63,469 nt of DNA from Monosiga brevicollis MX1 (taxonomy: Eukaryota). Below are positions 24,828 to 38,382 of this stretch, one piece after another (positions within the stretch are counted from its first letter, which is position 1; each line of letters begins with the position of its first letter). A program made the position numbers and the translations under genes. The DNA lies in NCBI RefSeq assembly GCF_000002865.3, contig NW_001865089.1, positions 20,684 to 84,152 of the forward strand, given 5' to 3'. The notes under the pieces were generated by a model. The model searched no databases. It saw only the letters and a list, made by a program, of their open reading frames with translations, and was not told the origin of the DNA.

Positions 24828-25363
24828 CAACCCCTTTGTTCGAAAAGACTTGACACACCAACCTGGGAACTGGCATCAGTGTGTGTTTGTGTGTGCAACG
24901 TGCGCGATCACGCGCACGTTGCACACCTCTAGTTCGCGTTTGTGTCATTCCTTGTTGTCTCCCCCTTCCTGGTTTTTATTTTTTTTTTGCTTGTTTGTCT
25001 TTTGATTTACTGTTCCTCGTCCCCTTGCTTTCATTCAGGAAATCCTTTAGCCAGTGCCTCTTGATGTGTGGTGTGGTGTTGCCAAGTGTCGGGTGGAGCC
25101 TGCGCGTCCTCAACAAGCGCGTGGCCCAGATCTCTTCCACACGCCGCCGAGTTTTGTCGTGTGCCTTCTCTTGACCCCTTCTTCCCCTGTTTCCCTTAGT
25201 TCTGCTTTCCTCCGTCCCTTTGCCAATCTATTTCATGCACACTTTTTGGAGTGTACGGCTCACACCACCTCAACCCACGCCCACAAGACATGGCCAGACT
25301 CTGAACCTTGAACACACTCTAACTCTCTGGTTCTGTGTTTGTGTGTGCCAAGACAACAATGAA

Positions 25364-25826
<463 letters not shown>

Positions 25827-25864
25827 CCCTCTCTTTATTTTCTTCGTTCTTGTTGACCGCAACA

Positions 25865-27165
25865 ATGCCAGCGACGATTGTTGTGGCGGCGCAGCCTGAT
25901 ACGACGGCTCAGCGGACCGTGTACGTGGGGTTCCGCTCGGCGATTGAGGAAGCTTTGCCCGTTTTGGAGGCGGAGAATGCCGACTTGCTGGTGGCCGTGT
26001 GCCGGGGTGCTTCCGTCTCGGGCCAGCGCGGTGGCAAGGCTCACGCCACTGTCGCCCATGCGGGTGCCGACGTGCGTCTGATTGACCTTGTCTTCATCCC
26101 CGAGGAATCCACTCGCTACAATTGCAAGGTGAGTCAGCCCCTGGCAGCAGCCACTCGCACGGACGGATGCCTCAAGGGTGAAGGGGACTGTGTGCCAACA
26201 AGTAAACGAGAAAACCCGAATTTAGTCTCATCCGCTGACGGAAAGCCACTGACACACGACATTCAATGATTTGCCAACGCCTGCTTCTAGTATCGCCCGG
26301 ATGCGGTGAGCCGACTCATCAGCGACGTGGACAGTGGTGCACGCACCTCGGTGGTGGTTGTGCTGCCAAGTATCGAGGATGAAGTGGAGTCGCGCGGTGC
26401 CGTTGTGGCCCTGACGGCCGCTGTGGCGCGCACTTGCCAAATCTACACGCGCAAGAAAAACGCGAGCGAGACGTCCTCAAGCACCCACGTCACCATCTCC
26501 TTCCACCTGGGCCAGAGCTTTTTCACCAACGAGACTGTGCTCCAGCATGCCACCATCCTTGCGGAGCACGTCCGCCAGTGCGCGCGCCTGGTAGACATGC
26601 CATGCAACGAGCTCCCCGTCTCCGAGCTGGCCGCCCATGCTCGCGCTGTGGCGGACACGCTCCCCGGTGTGGTGGTTGAAGAGGTGATTGGCGAGGATTT
26701 GCAGGCACAGGGCTTTGGTGGCATCTATGGCGTTGGCAAGGCAGCCGAGGATGGCCCTCGTCTGGTCGTGCTCAAGCATGAGCCCGCCGGTGCCACCCGC
26801 GCCGTGGCCATGGCTGGCAAGGGCATTGTCTACGACACGGGAGGTCTCTCCATCAAGGGCAAGACGTTCATGCCTGGTATGTCGTTGCGGCACCCACTCT
26901 TGCGCTCTCTCTTTCTTTCTCTGTCTCTCTCTCTGTCTCTCTCTCTGTTGCTCGCCTGTTCCGCACTCACGAATCATTTTGCTTTGGCATTTGTACAGGC
27001 ATGAAGCGGGACATGGGTGGCGCGGCGGGCGTGCTTCACGCTTTTGCCACCCTGGTCAAAACAGGCTTTTCCCAGAATCTCTACTGTTTGCTGGCTTGTG
27101 CTGAAAACGCCGTGGGCCCACGCGCCACACGTCCCGACGATATTCATGTCATGTACAGCGGCAAG

Positions 27166-27203
<38 letters not shown>

Positions 27204-27788
27204 CGTCCTCGCGGATGCCGTGTCCTATGCCGCACAGACCTTCAAGCCTGAGTTGCTGCTAAACATGTGCACCCTCACAGGCGCCCAGGGCATTGCCACG
27301 GGCCAGCTGCATGCAGGCATTGTGTGCAGCAGCGAGGACGTTGAGCAAGACGCCGTGCGTGCTGGCCGACGCAGCGGTGACTTGACCCATCCCCTCATGT
27401 GGTGCCCCGAGCTCTTTTCCAACGAGTTTGCCAGCTCGGTCGCTGATATGAAGAACAGCGTTCGCAACCGCTCCAACGCTCAAGTGTCTTGTGCCGCCCA
27501 GTTCATTGGCAATCACTTGCCCGACGGCTTTGTGGACCAACACGCCTGGCTGCACGTGAGTTTGCCGCACATTCAAGCGCCCTCCCCGGCCCGTCCTTGT
27601 GGGCTGGTTTCCTTTCTCATCTTTTGCTTGGCGTTGTGGTGGTTTGGTGCTTGCCCTTCTCCTCCCCCCCTCTCCTCCCCTTGTAGATTGACATGGCAGC
27701 CCCCGCGTTTGAGGGAGAGCGTGGCACCGGCTATGGCGTGGCCTTGTTGTACGACCTCTTGCACTCTCGCTTCGGCACCCCCCTGTAA
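25865..27788 (+). CDS. NPEPL1: M17 leucyl aminopeptidase family, NPEPL1-like, multi-exon
   Basis: GKGIVYDTGGLSIKGKTFMPG/MKRDMGGAA, RPDDI, GKTVEINNTDAEGRLVLAD, TLTGAQGIATG, FASSVADMKNSV, ERGTGYGVALL. Confidence 0.88.
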
Positions 27789-27969
27789 GGAGCTTCGCGC
27801 ATGCACACATTCAAGCTCTTGCATGTTTCAAGCCTGGTTACTTTTGTTCCTCTTGGTCATGTCGCCAATTGAAATGATAAAAGTGACACCCCCTCTCCAG
27901 CTGTTGGCAATTTGTTTCAGACAGACTAGAGTAGTGTTTATTCTCATATACAGTCGATTATCGGGAGGT

Positions 27970-30840
27970 TTATTCTCCAGGTTTCAACGAAGAGAGGCCG
28001 GCACGCATGACCTCATCGACAAGCAACAGGGAAGAGGCAATCATCGTACATGACTTGAGCAGCTGGCGCTTGACGCAAATGTTGTCGACAATGCCCTCAT
28101 CTGTGGGCAGGCAGGCCTCACCAGTGTTAATGTCCACACCAACAACATCGTCTGAGTCTTGCGCCTCCTCAAGCAAGGTGACAATGGTGTCCTGGGGGTC
28201 GAAACCCGCGTTCTGAGCCAGCGTCTTGGGGATGACGAGCAGGGCATCGGCAAAAGCCTGGATACCAAGGCGGGCACGGCCCTTGACGTTGCGCTTGGCC
28301 TCAACCAGGGCGCGATGTGCCGCAATTTCAAAAGCACCGGCACCAGGGACAACGCTGTTGTCATCAATGGCGTTCTTGACGGCACGCTGACCGTCACGCA
28401 CGGCGTCCTTGATCTGACTGATGGTGTAGTCGTTTGGCGCCTTGATCAAAATGGTCACAGACCGGGGGTTCTCGACCTCCTCAATAAAAGTGTACTTTTG
28501 CTCACCGAGCACGTGTTCGTACACAACGCCAGCATGACCAAGCACAGACTCATCCAAATCATCCACTGAGTTCATGGCCATGCCACCACAAGCCAGCGTC
28601 ACCCTGTAAATGAAAACGGCAGGGCAAACACACGGTGGTCAGCAAAACAGGGAGGCATGGCCTGGTTCTTCATCGACACCAAGAAAGCAAACCAACACAA
28701 GCACGGATGGGCAACAGAAAAAGCAAGCATTTCAGAGGCAACATGTCCGCATAGACACCAAACTAATGCTCGGGTCGCTCGGTACAGGTCTGTGAAATAT
28801 ATCATCACCAATGCTCACGACCAATGCATGTAGTAGAGAGTGAAACACAATGTAAAAGCAAGCATTTCAGAGGCAACATGTCCGCATTGACACCAAGCCG
28901 AAGCTTGGGTCGCTCGGTACAGGTCTGTGAAATATATCATCACCAATGCTCACGACCAATGCATGTAGTAGAGCGTAAAACACGAACGGCCAGAAAAAAA
29001 GGGGTACAAAGAAGCATTTCAGAGGCAACATGTCCGCATTGACACCAAGCCGAAGCTTGGGTCGCTCGGTACAGGTCTGTGAAATATATCATCAACAATG
29101 CTTTTGACCTGAGGCCAAAGGCGTAGCAAAAGCCACGCACTTGCCCACCACAAGCATACAACAACGACAACAAGGCACATCATGTCGAACAATCAACGAT
29201 GACTCGGAGCATTTCAGCAGCACATATCCGCATTGATACCACTCCAAAGGAACGGTATCGCTCGGTACAGGTCTGTGAAAAAAATCATCACAAATGCTCC
29301 AAGGGTCGTTCAAGGGATGGCGAGTCATGTGGTTTGATGTGTTTTGTGTGTAAGAAAAGGAGTGGAAAAGGATGTAAAACACGTAAAGACTCGAGAAAAC
29401 AAGCCGGCGTCTATGGTACGAACCGTTCCATGTTGCGGCGCTTGGCACGACGCAGGGCAATGATGTTCTCCTTGGCCAGTAGGTCAAGGGAGATGGGATC
29501 AATACCCTTTTGGTTGACAATGACAAAGGACTTGCCGTTCTCCTCGGTGCAGACCTTGCGCTTGAGGTCGATGATGCGCTGCACGCGATCGTCGATAAAC
29601 TTGCGCTCTGCAATGGCCATGGCCTCGCGCTCCTGGGCCGTCTTGTAGAAAAAGCCAGAGTTAATCTCGCTGTTAGCAGAGAGGAGGGCCATGAGAACAT
29701 GAGGGTAAGTGCAACAGGCAAAATAACCAAAAAAAAAAAAATGGGGGAGGGGAAACTACGTGTTTAAAAAGATATCAAAAGCGTGTGCCATAAGATGGAG
29801 ACGTTCAACATGTGTAAAGCCGAGGGTTGTACAGTCCTCGAATTCTGTCCGCCCGTCTCGTTTTCATCACGCGGCACACGCAAGCAAGTGCAAAAGAAAA
29901 TATACAACAGATTGGGAAAACAGTGGGAGAAGTCATCGGATCGAGACGTTCAACATGTATAAAGCCGAGGGTTGTACAGTCCTCGAGTTCTGTCCGCCCG
30001 TCTCGTTTTCATCACGTGACCACACCACACATGCAGGCATATGTAATACCCACAGCAAGTAGACAAGTAGAGCAAGGCCAAAATTTGATAAGACCTGGCG
30101 GAGGACACCACTCACGTCTTCTCATACTCGAGGGACACGTTGCAGGTGAGGACGTAGGCATTTTCAAGGCGCTTGGGCATGTCGGGGTGGCGAGAGCCGT
30201 GATCGAGGACAATGCCACGGATCAGGGAGGTGTCTGTCTCTGTCTTGTGCTTCATGGTCATGATCTCGATCATAAAGAGGTCGATGGGGGACTTGTCTTG
30301 GCGAATGGCCAGGACGGCATCGGCAACTGTCTCGGTGAGCTGATCGGCCATCTTCTGCGAAACCTTGGTGCGGAGGGAAGTGCGGGCTACCTTGCAGAGG
30401 AGCTCACGATCGACCTCGCGGTCAGACTTGATCTTGTCAAGCACTTCCAGAGCAACATCCTTGGCCTTTTCAAAGCCATCAACGACGAGGCGTGGGTGGA
30501 GGCCCTCGCTAATGTACAGCTCGGCTTGCTTAAGCAGCTCGCCAATCAAGAGAACGTTGGAGGTGGTGCCATCGCCGGTAATGTCGTCCTGGGCTGTGGC
30601 GGCACGGGCAATCAGGGAAGCCGTGGGGTGCTGGATCTGCATGTCGTTGAGGAGGACGTTGCCGTCCTTGGTGAGCTTAATGTCGCCCGATCCAGAGACA
30701 AGCATCTTCATGGTACCCTTGGGGCCGAGGTTGGACTTGAGCACATCTTGCAGACCTCGCGCCGCGGTCGAGTTCATCTGAAGGGCCACGGCGGCGCGCG
30801 CCACCTCGGCCTTGGGGTTGAGCTGAGTGATTGCCGACAT
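27970..30840 (-). CDS. CCT6: Chaperonin CCT/TCP-1 zeta subunit; 3 exons (introns 28604-29423 and 29670-30115)
   Basis: [72 protein letters not shown]. Confidence 0.97.
28726..28815 (-). ncRNA. Box C/D snoRNA, U25/snR56-like, copy 1
   Basis: Terminal stem AGCATT/AATGCT, C box GTGATGA, guide TCACAGACCTGT + D' CCGA, D box CTGA; guide matches SSU rRNA ACAGGUCUGUGA. Confidence 0.88.
28861..28950 (-). ncRNA. Box C/D snoRNA, U25/snR56-like, copy 2
   Basis: Same boxes and guide; internal hairpin CCAAGC-TTCG-GCTTGG. Confidence 0.88.
29013..29102 (-). ncRNA. Box C/D snoRNA, U25/snR56-like, copy 3
   Basis: Same guide and D'/D boxes; C box TTGATGA. Confidence 0.86.
29206..29300 (-). ncRNA. Box C/D snoRNA, U25/snR56-like, copy 4 (diverged)
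   Basis: Stem GGAGCATT/AATGCTCC, C box, identical guide and D'; rewired hairpin GATACCGTTCC-TTT-GGAGTGGTATC. Confidence 0.86.
29782..29880 (-). ncRNA. Box C/D snoRNA, U43/snR70-like, copy 1 (degenerate D box)
   Basis: 8-bp terminal stem CGTGTGCC/GGCACACG, C box GTGATGA, guide GACGGGCGG + A + D' CAGA; D position reads CTTA. Confidence 0.7.
29932..30020 (-). ncRNA. Box C/D snoRNA, U43/snR70-like, copy 2
   Basis: Stem GTCA/TGAC, C box GTGATGA, guide GACGGGCGG complementary to SSU CCGCCCGUC, D' CAGA, C'-like ATGTTGA, D CCGA. Confidence 0.8.
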
Positions 30841-31439
30841 ACTCGCTGTTGGCTGAGATGTCGTCCTATGACGTGACGTGGGCGAGGCGGCGACAAAAGC
30901 AACACCCGTTGTAAGAGAGAAAATCAATGATGCGAGCCAGCCGTAGGAAAGGGAAATGGATATGTGCCAAATATGGGCAATCCAAAGACGGGAAAAAAAA
31001 AAAAAAAAACTTGGCCGCGGTACTGTCAAAACAAGAAAAAAAAAAGGGGGGCGACAACATCAAAGAACAACTGCGGGCAACCAGGCTCTTCAACGGGGAC
31101 CCACGAGGGAAAGTGTGTGCGCGCATGTGTGTGCTGTGTGCTGTGTGCTGGCGCTGCCGGCGTACAGGTTCGCGTCTTGTTTGTTCAAACCAGCACGCGT
31201 TCACAACATCGTTGACAACCGTTTGAATAAAAAAAAAAAACCGCATCAGCCATCCCACGACCCCGACACCACGTTCCCCATTGCAATACCCAACAACTCC
31301 ACCACCTCTCCGCATCACTACAGAGCCATTTTTGAATGCACACAACCACCAAAGCCCGCTGCCATTTCTCCGCAGCGAGCGCCAGAGGAGAGAGGTACGC
31401 CACTAACCGACACACACTCACCGTTCAGTTGTGTGTAAA

Positions 31440-31480
<41 letters not shown>

Positions 31481-31968
31481 AAACGCTTCGTTGCCACACA
31501 TGCGAACCTGTGGTGGGAACAGGTGTTTTACATGCTGGTTTGTGTGACACACACACGGATCTACCAACTGTGAGTCTTTGGTTACCAGGTGTAAGTATTG
31601 CTTAGGTGTGGTGGTGGTAAGCTAATCACGCTTCTCGACAGGCGTGCAGGTGTGGTGGGCCTTTCTGTTGGAGACTGCGCAATGGCGCGTTGCGAAAAAA
31701 CTTTGCCCAAACTTCACAAAATATCGCCGCTTAGCAACCGTCCGATAACAACACTTGGTTCTTTAACTGTACCACCCCCTCCAAGTACAAGCCCAACGAA
31801 CAAACCCCAGATGTATTTTACTTTCATCCTGACCCACTGCCAGACTTATTCTGTACCATGACTCTCTATTTTCAACCCCGAGCTTGAGCTCGAAATTTTC
31901 TCGAAATTTTTAACGGACACACACACCACACACACACACACGCGACCGATCGGCTTGTCAACGTCTGG

Positions 31969-34454
31969 ATGGCGGCGGCCGCGGGAAGTGGGCGCATGCC
32001 TTGGCGGGAGACGCTGGCGTGGGCTGGGTTGAGTGGCAGCACATCAAGCAGCAACGGCAGTGGTGGTGGGGGTCCGAGGTATTTTCACTACACGGCGCGC
32101 GGGTATGAGCCGGCTGCCAAACAAGATCAAGCCGCCCCAGGAACGCCCAAGCTGGATCAGCAACCCTTGGACATCTCCATCACCCACTCACCCGCCAGTC
32201 AGGCATCAACTGCATCAGAACCTGCATCCCCGCTCCCTGCAGCTCCACCTCCTCGCGCGCGCATTCCCGCCGGCCCGGCCGTACAAGTTGGCTCGCGCTA
32301 CACCTATCCCTGGCGAGAGCCCGACTTTGCTGCTGCTCTCACCAATGACCACAGTGATGATGATGATGATGATGATGATAATAATGGCAACATTGCCCCT
32401 GATGCCGTTGACCTAGTTGACGCCAAGACTGGTGGCAACGTCAATGGTTCAGCTCTGCACTCTGGTCATGACCCTGTGGATCAGAAAGCCCCCGACCACG
32501 CGAGTCAGGCAGACCCGCCAGAAGCCAATCACGCTGCTGACGCGCAGGCTGCGGATGAGCGGGCTGCGCTTCATGAGCTCTTGCAGATGCAGCTTGAACC
32601 AACAGTCAGGCCCACCTTTGGGCAGCAATATAAGGAAGATGATGATGATGATGACGACGAGGACGACGACGAGGATGTCGACCAAGACCAAGATCAAGAC
32701 CACGGCGCCGATGACAAGGCGAGGCGAGACGGCCCGGCGCAACGCAAAAGCAATAAACATTCATCCTCGCAACCTGACATTGCCCGCCGCCGCCGTCGTT
32801 TGTCACCTGCCTCACGACTCAAAGGCTTGTCGGACCGTGCAGATGACGTTTCTGACCACGACCCGCACCCTGCTCACGCACATAGCGATGACGATGAAAG
32901 CGATGATGAATGCGCTTCAGGCCGCTGCCGTCACCGTCATCTCTATCAGGATCGCTTGGCATATCGCGCTCAAGCACGTCACAGTGCAAAAGTCAAGGCT
33001 CCGAGTCGTCGCCCTCGTCAAGAAGCAGCCGGGTCGAAGCCTGCCTCCAAGACCCATGGTACCGCCGAAGCATCGCGCGTGCTCAAGTCAACTCGTCCCT
33101 TGCGCGGCCAAACCTTCGACGATTGGGCCCGCGCCAAGGATGAAGCACAGCGGCAAGCTCGACATGCTGCTCGCGAAGCCGAGGTACGTCCCTTCTTTTC
33201 GACATGTTGTTCCTGCTTTTGTCATGTTCCGTTCTGCCGATCGGTCTCATCCATGCTCCCCGGGAGCGGGTTACAGGCAGAGCAGGATCGCAAGGAGGCC
33301 GAGCGCCTGGCTGCTGAACGCCGCCAGCGCCAGCGCGCTGAAGACATGTTTTTCCTCTGGCTTAATGGGAAGAATAAAGAAGATCGCGAACGCGAACAGT
33401 AGGTTCATATACCAGCTCCCGCTGGCCACTGGCTCGCTACCTGGTGACTGCATGCCGACCCAACCGCGCCGCCTTGACACGGGCTTTGGCTCATGCTTTC
33501 TTCCTTGTGTTCTTCATTTTCCTTTTTCTGCTTTCCAAGACAAGAGCTGGACGCTGCGGCTGCGGCACAAGCTGCTGAGGAAGAACGCCAACAACGCAAA
33601 GCGGAACGCGATCGTCAACAGGTTACGCAGCATACTTTTTCGCCGCCCCACCCCGCTTGCTTTTCTTGCCTTGACTTTCTTTGAGTGTCGACTTTTGGTC
33701 GACCCGAGATACGCTCACGCGTCATTGGTGTGGCCAGGTCGCCTCTGTCAATGAATGGCTCGAGATGGTGGCCGAGCGCGAGAAGGAGTCTCGCCAACAA
33801 GGTCTGCCATTTTTACCACGCGCCGTGCTGAGAGGCCCTTACTTTTCTTTCTTTTCTTTTCCCCCAGCTCGTTGCATCTGCCTGACAACCATTACTCTCG
33901 GTCGTCCGCACAGAGCTAGAGAGGGTCCGTCAGCAGGCACAAGCGCTGGCCGAGCGTCGCGCCAAGGCCGAGCGTGCCTACGCGGCCTGGCTCAAAAAAC
34001 ACGTATGCTCATCTCGCACTGATGCCCAACTTCGTGCTTGTGCAATGCACATTGCAATTTCTTTCCTCTCATGCTCTTTGGGCCTCCACCGCTTGTGCTA
34101 CCAGAAGAAATCGCAGCTTGGCGGCGCAGCCACCACCCACGCGCGGAGTGCCAGCCCGCGTCCAGCATGGCAGGGGCCATTGGATGACGTTGATACAAAG
34201 CCGGCCAAGACCCCAGGGGCTAAGCAGCACACACGGCGATCGTCAGCCACAAGGCGTGGCCAATCTTCGAGACGGTCCTCGTCCGTCCAAGTAAGACCGC
34301 AATGTGCTGCAGAGGTATCTCGAGGAACAGTCCAAATGCTGACCCTCGCACGCTCTTGCCCCTCGAATAGGGGGAAGGCTCCGTGGTGCTCTCACCACCA
34401 TTGCTGTGGCAAGCACGGCTCTATGCCGAGCAGACTCGTCAGCCGTACAGGTGA
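31969..34454 (+). CDS. Low-complexity/coiled-coil protein, CCDC34/CCDC181-like, multi-exon
   Basis: Acidic disordered N-terminus; charged helices with spaced Trp motifs FDDWARAK, FFLWLNGK, VNEWLE, YAAWLKK. Confidence 0.5.
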
Positions 34455-36164
34455 CGGTCAATGCGTTCCATCACAAAGACAGCAACATCCATATTCCCAC
34501 AATGTGCCATAGGCATGTCTACTGAAGTCTATTAAACTGCGAAACGATGAATATTATAAAAAAAAACCCGGTGTACCGTCAATAAATAAAACAAGGATGA
34601 TGGTCAGGAGAGAGGAGCGGCATGTGGCCGAGGTGTGGCGGGCTCGTGATTCAGCCACGCGCCGATACTGCGAGCGCCCTTGAAAGAGGGCAGCGATCCT
34701 TCCAAGGCATCCATCTAGCATTGGTGGATCGACCATCAAGCGCCAGCAGTCAGACGGCTCATTTTTTGGTGGGAAACATCCCTCATTCGTGCACGAAACA
34801 AGGATCACGTCGGTAAACTGACCTCAAGGTTGCCAAGGCGCTCCTGTTGTTCCAGCGTCGGGTCAACACGCACGCGTTGGCAAAAACAGACCACAGCCAC
34901 CACCAAGCCCAGTGCAAGCGCACCGCATACGGCGGCTGCCAACATGAGCCAAACAGTCACAAAGTTTCTTGATGAGCCCAGTCTCGGAAGCAAAAAGAAT
35001 CAGGCGATCGCTCACCGATAATAATGGTCACGCCTTGTGCTGACTCGGCAAAGGGTGGATCTGCCTGGCCCGTGGTGGGCCAGCTGGGCGTCGTGAGAGG
35101 CACTGAGAAGGGGTGATGCATGCAGCAAGCTACTGGTGAGCACGGCCAGGTACACGCCGGCGCGGCAGCGTGGCCTACCATCAAAGGGTTGAGGTTCACC
35201 ACTCGGCGTTGTTGCCACTTGAGCCCTGGACCACTTGACCGGGCCCAGCGCGAGCAACTCAAAGGCCAGGAGTAAGCACGTCCGCATTCTCGTCCGTTCC
35301 CAACTGCCAACCCGCCTGCCTCCTCGCACACGGCCTCCAGTCTCGCCGTCAGTCTGTGTTTTGCATGCATTCATGCATGCAAAACGCTTTGAGATTCACA
35401 AAGAGAGACTCAGGAAGAGAGAGGTCAATTGCCAGAGACAGAGACACACAGAGACACATAGAGACACACAGAGACACACAGAGACACACAGAGCGAGGGA
35501 ATCGAGCTTCAGGGATTGGGGGAGATATCCAAGAGCTAGTTGACGAGCAAGTTCAGGAACGAGGGGAAGAACACGCCCGACCGTGTGCTTTTTTTATCTT
35601 CTTCCCCGGGATTCTGGTAGCTTGATTGATTGGCCATCGCGTCTGATCGTGGTCTCAGGCTCGCACTCTGAAAGCCTCTGTTCAGGTCGTGACGTCGGAT
35701 TTGATGTTGGTCTGCCACGGTCAAACACCACAGGTTGGCAAAAGGCCGAGACGTGCTGATCTCTTGCGCCAGCGACAGACGAAAAAGGGTCATACGTGCT
35801 GATCTCTTGCCTTGGAACCAACAGCGCCATAGGCGTACAAAGCTACATCACATCAGATTGGCCTGTTGCAAACATTCAAAGGCGCGTCAAGGTGTGATTG
35901 ACTTCTTTCTTCATTTTCTCGTGGTCCCCATCGCCAATAATCATGACATCAGCATGGCGCATCGGATCAGCAAAGGGTGCCCCAGGTGCAGCAAAAGCAG
36001 AGCGGTACGTGTGAGTTTGCATTTGTTGGCATGCTTGGCTCTGTCGTTTCGATTTCAGCTCAAGGATTAAACGCACGCAGCGTCAGTGTCCATCGAGATC
36101 ACTGGTTTGCTTTTTTTTTTTGTCGGGATTGTGGGCAAGCTACAAATGTCGTCGAGCTTGTCGC

Positions 36165-37376
36165 CTACTCCTTGTGCAGTAGCACATACGCACCCAAGGT
36201 GGCTAGCAGTATAAACTGTGGTGTTACAGTATCAAAATCGAAAGGCGGTGTAAGAAGAGCAGAGAAGGTCAAGCCAGCAACAGGCGCAAGTGCGAGCGGG
36301 CGACGACCCACCTTTAAGGCGGGATAGTCGTTCATAAGAATGGTGACAATGCCCACGTAAGGGATGAATCTAAGATGATCAAAAAGGTCGGTCAAGTCGC
36401 GTGGAGGCAATCAGACGCGGTTTACGGGCGTGCACAAGCAAGGGACACGACGGGGGCGTTGCGTGGAGAGGCGATGCCAGGGACGAACCCTCGTGCTCGG
36501 CCAACCACGTCCTTGGGTTTGAGCCAGAGCTGGCCCTGTGCGTACAGTCCCCGGTCATCAACACGATTGTTATCACCCTTGGTCAAAAACTTGATGTTGC
36601 CTTGCTTGCTAAGAGATGGGCAGTAGGAAGCAGAGGCAGAAGCAGAAGCAAAAGCAAAGGTAAGAAGGGGGTATGGGAAAATCATCGTTGGTTGGACAGC
36701 TCTGGAAACCAAGGATAGATCGACACACTCTTCATGTAGCTTGAGCACGCGATGAACAATGGGAATATCTCTGCCCTCAACCTAGTGTTGTTCGTTTATT
36801 GAAAAAAATGAGCTGAGGATGGTGGCCTTGAAAAGCAGGGGCAGGTTACGAGCTCTACCTTGAAGACGACAATCTCGCCAACACGAATCGGATCAGTGCG
36901 ATTGTAGGTCAGAAAGAGTAAATCGCCACGCTGAAAGGCGGGTTCCATGCTTCCACTGAAGCGGATGCGGGAACAAGAGCACAAGTTGGAGCACAGGTTG
37001 TCGTATTATGAGAGGCCATTCCAGTCACTGTGAGTGGCAGGCATGCGGGGCATCAAGAAGGGGGAGTTGATGAACCTGAGAACAACGACAATGGGGCTCT
37101 CGCTGCCCGTCACCACCATCAGACCCTTCCAGATCATGAGGGCAGAAAAGACGATCATGGCAAAGTTGAGCACTTGATGTGCCAGCTGCAGTGGAGGCAC
37201 GATCAAGACGCGTGAGACTGATCCCAGGACGAGAGGGCTGGCGTCCAATTGAGACGACGACACGAGGCCATGATGGGCTTGAGAGGTAAGATTCCACAGA
37301 CCTGGCGTTTGTTCATGCGGCGGACTTCACCAAACACATCCTTTTGGAAGCCCAGGAGCTCGAGAACGGCTTCCAT
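36165..37376 (-). CDS. SEC11: Signal peptidase complex catalytic subunit SEC11, multi-exon
   Basis: [68 protein letters not shown]. Confidence 0.95.
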
Positions 37377-37774
37377 GATAGCGGTCGAGGCGCAAGGACA
37401 AAGACAAGCCTCATGCACCCACGACAGGGCTGACCAATGAACGACGATCCCTAATCACGCCCAGCAGCAGCAGTAGTCGTAGCAATTGATGGAGCACACA
37501 GACACACAAGTGCATCAGTTGAGACGATGCGGTAGCTTTGGCCGATCCAAGGCGCGAGCTGCCTGCACAAGAGGACAGACATGCACACAGAGATACAGAG
37601 GGAGAGAAAGGGGGAGAGAGGGAGAAGACTTCATCGCCCCCCACCCCCCACCCCTCACACACACACACACATTTAAGCACGAGAACTCCTCTGCCAGCAC
37701 CTGCTCTGCCGCCAACACCGCCACCGCCGCCACCCGAAGAGATCAAGAGCGATCAAAGACAGAGAGATCAGGGA

Positions 37775-38189
37775 CACACACACACACACAGAGAGAGAGA
37801 CAGAGAGAGAGAGAGAGACAGAGAGACAGAGAGAGGAGAGAGAGAGCTACAGAGAGAGAGGAGAGAGAGGGAGAGAGAGAGAGAGAACGAGCGCGACAGA
37901 GAGAGAGAGAAAGCTACAGAGAGACAGATAGACAGAGAGAGACAGAGAGAGACAGAGAGACAGAGGCAGAGAGACAGAGACAGAGACAGGGGCAGAGGCA
38001 GAGAGCCAGAAAGCCAGAGAGCCAGAGAGAGCCAGCGAGCACATACCTTTTCACTTTTCTCTTTAAGAAACTGCAGTGTTCATGCTGCATAGTCTACGGT
38101 CCAATACACTCTTTACCCCTCTAAAGTGTAATTCATATCACACTGTCTCTTACACCTTTTTTGTATTTTACTTTTTCGCTTGAAGAGCG

Positions 38190-38262
<73 letters not shown>

Positions 38263-38264
38263 GA

Positions 38265-38295
<31 letters not shown>

Positions 38296-38351
38296 AGAGG
38301 CAGTCGACGTGGCCAGTGGCAGTGGCAGTGGCAGTGGCAGTGGCAGCAGTG

Positions 38352-38382
<31 letters not shown>

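Noticed and set aside
28726..29300. CRISPR-like repeat-spacer appearance in the CCT6 intron
   Set aside because: Units are ~90 nt with C/D boxes and an rRNA guide, spacers are partly duplicated, and there are no cas genes; they are snoRNAs.
29827..30876. 349-aa plus-strand ORF
   Set aside because: Antisense to CCT6 exon 1.
34554..36076. Possible small minus-strand gene(s), including a TM-like ORF at 34805-34993 and a 17-bp direct repeat near 35751/35795
   Set aside because: No consistent spliced model or recognisable motif; cannot support a call.
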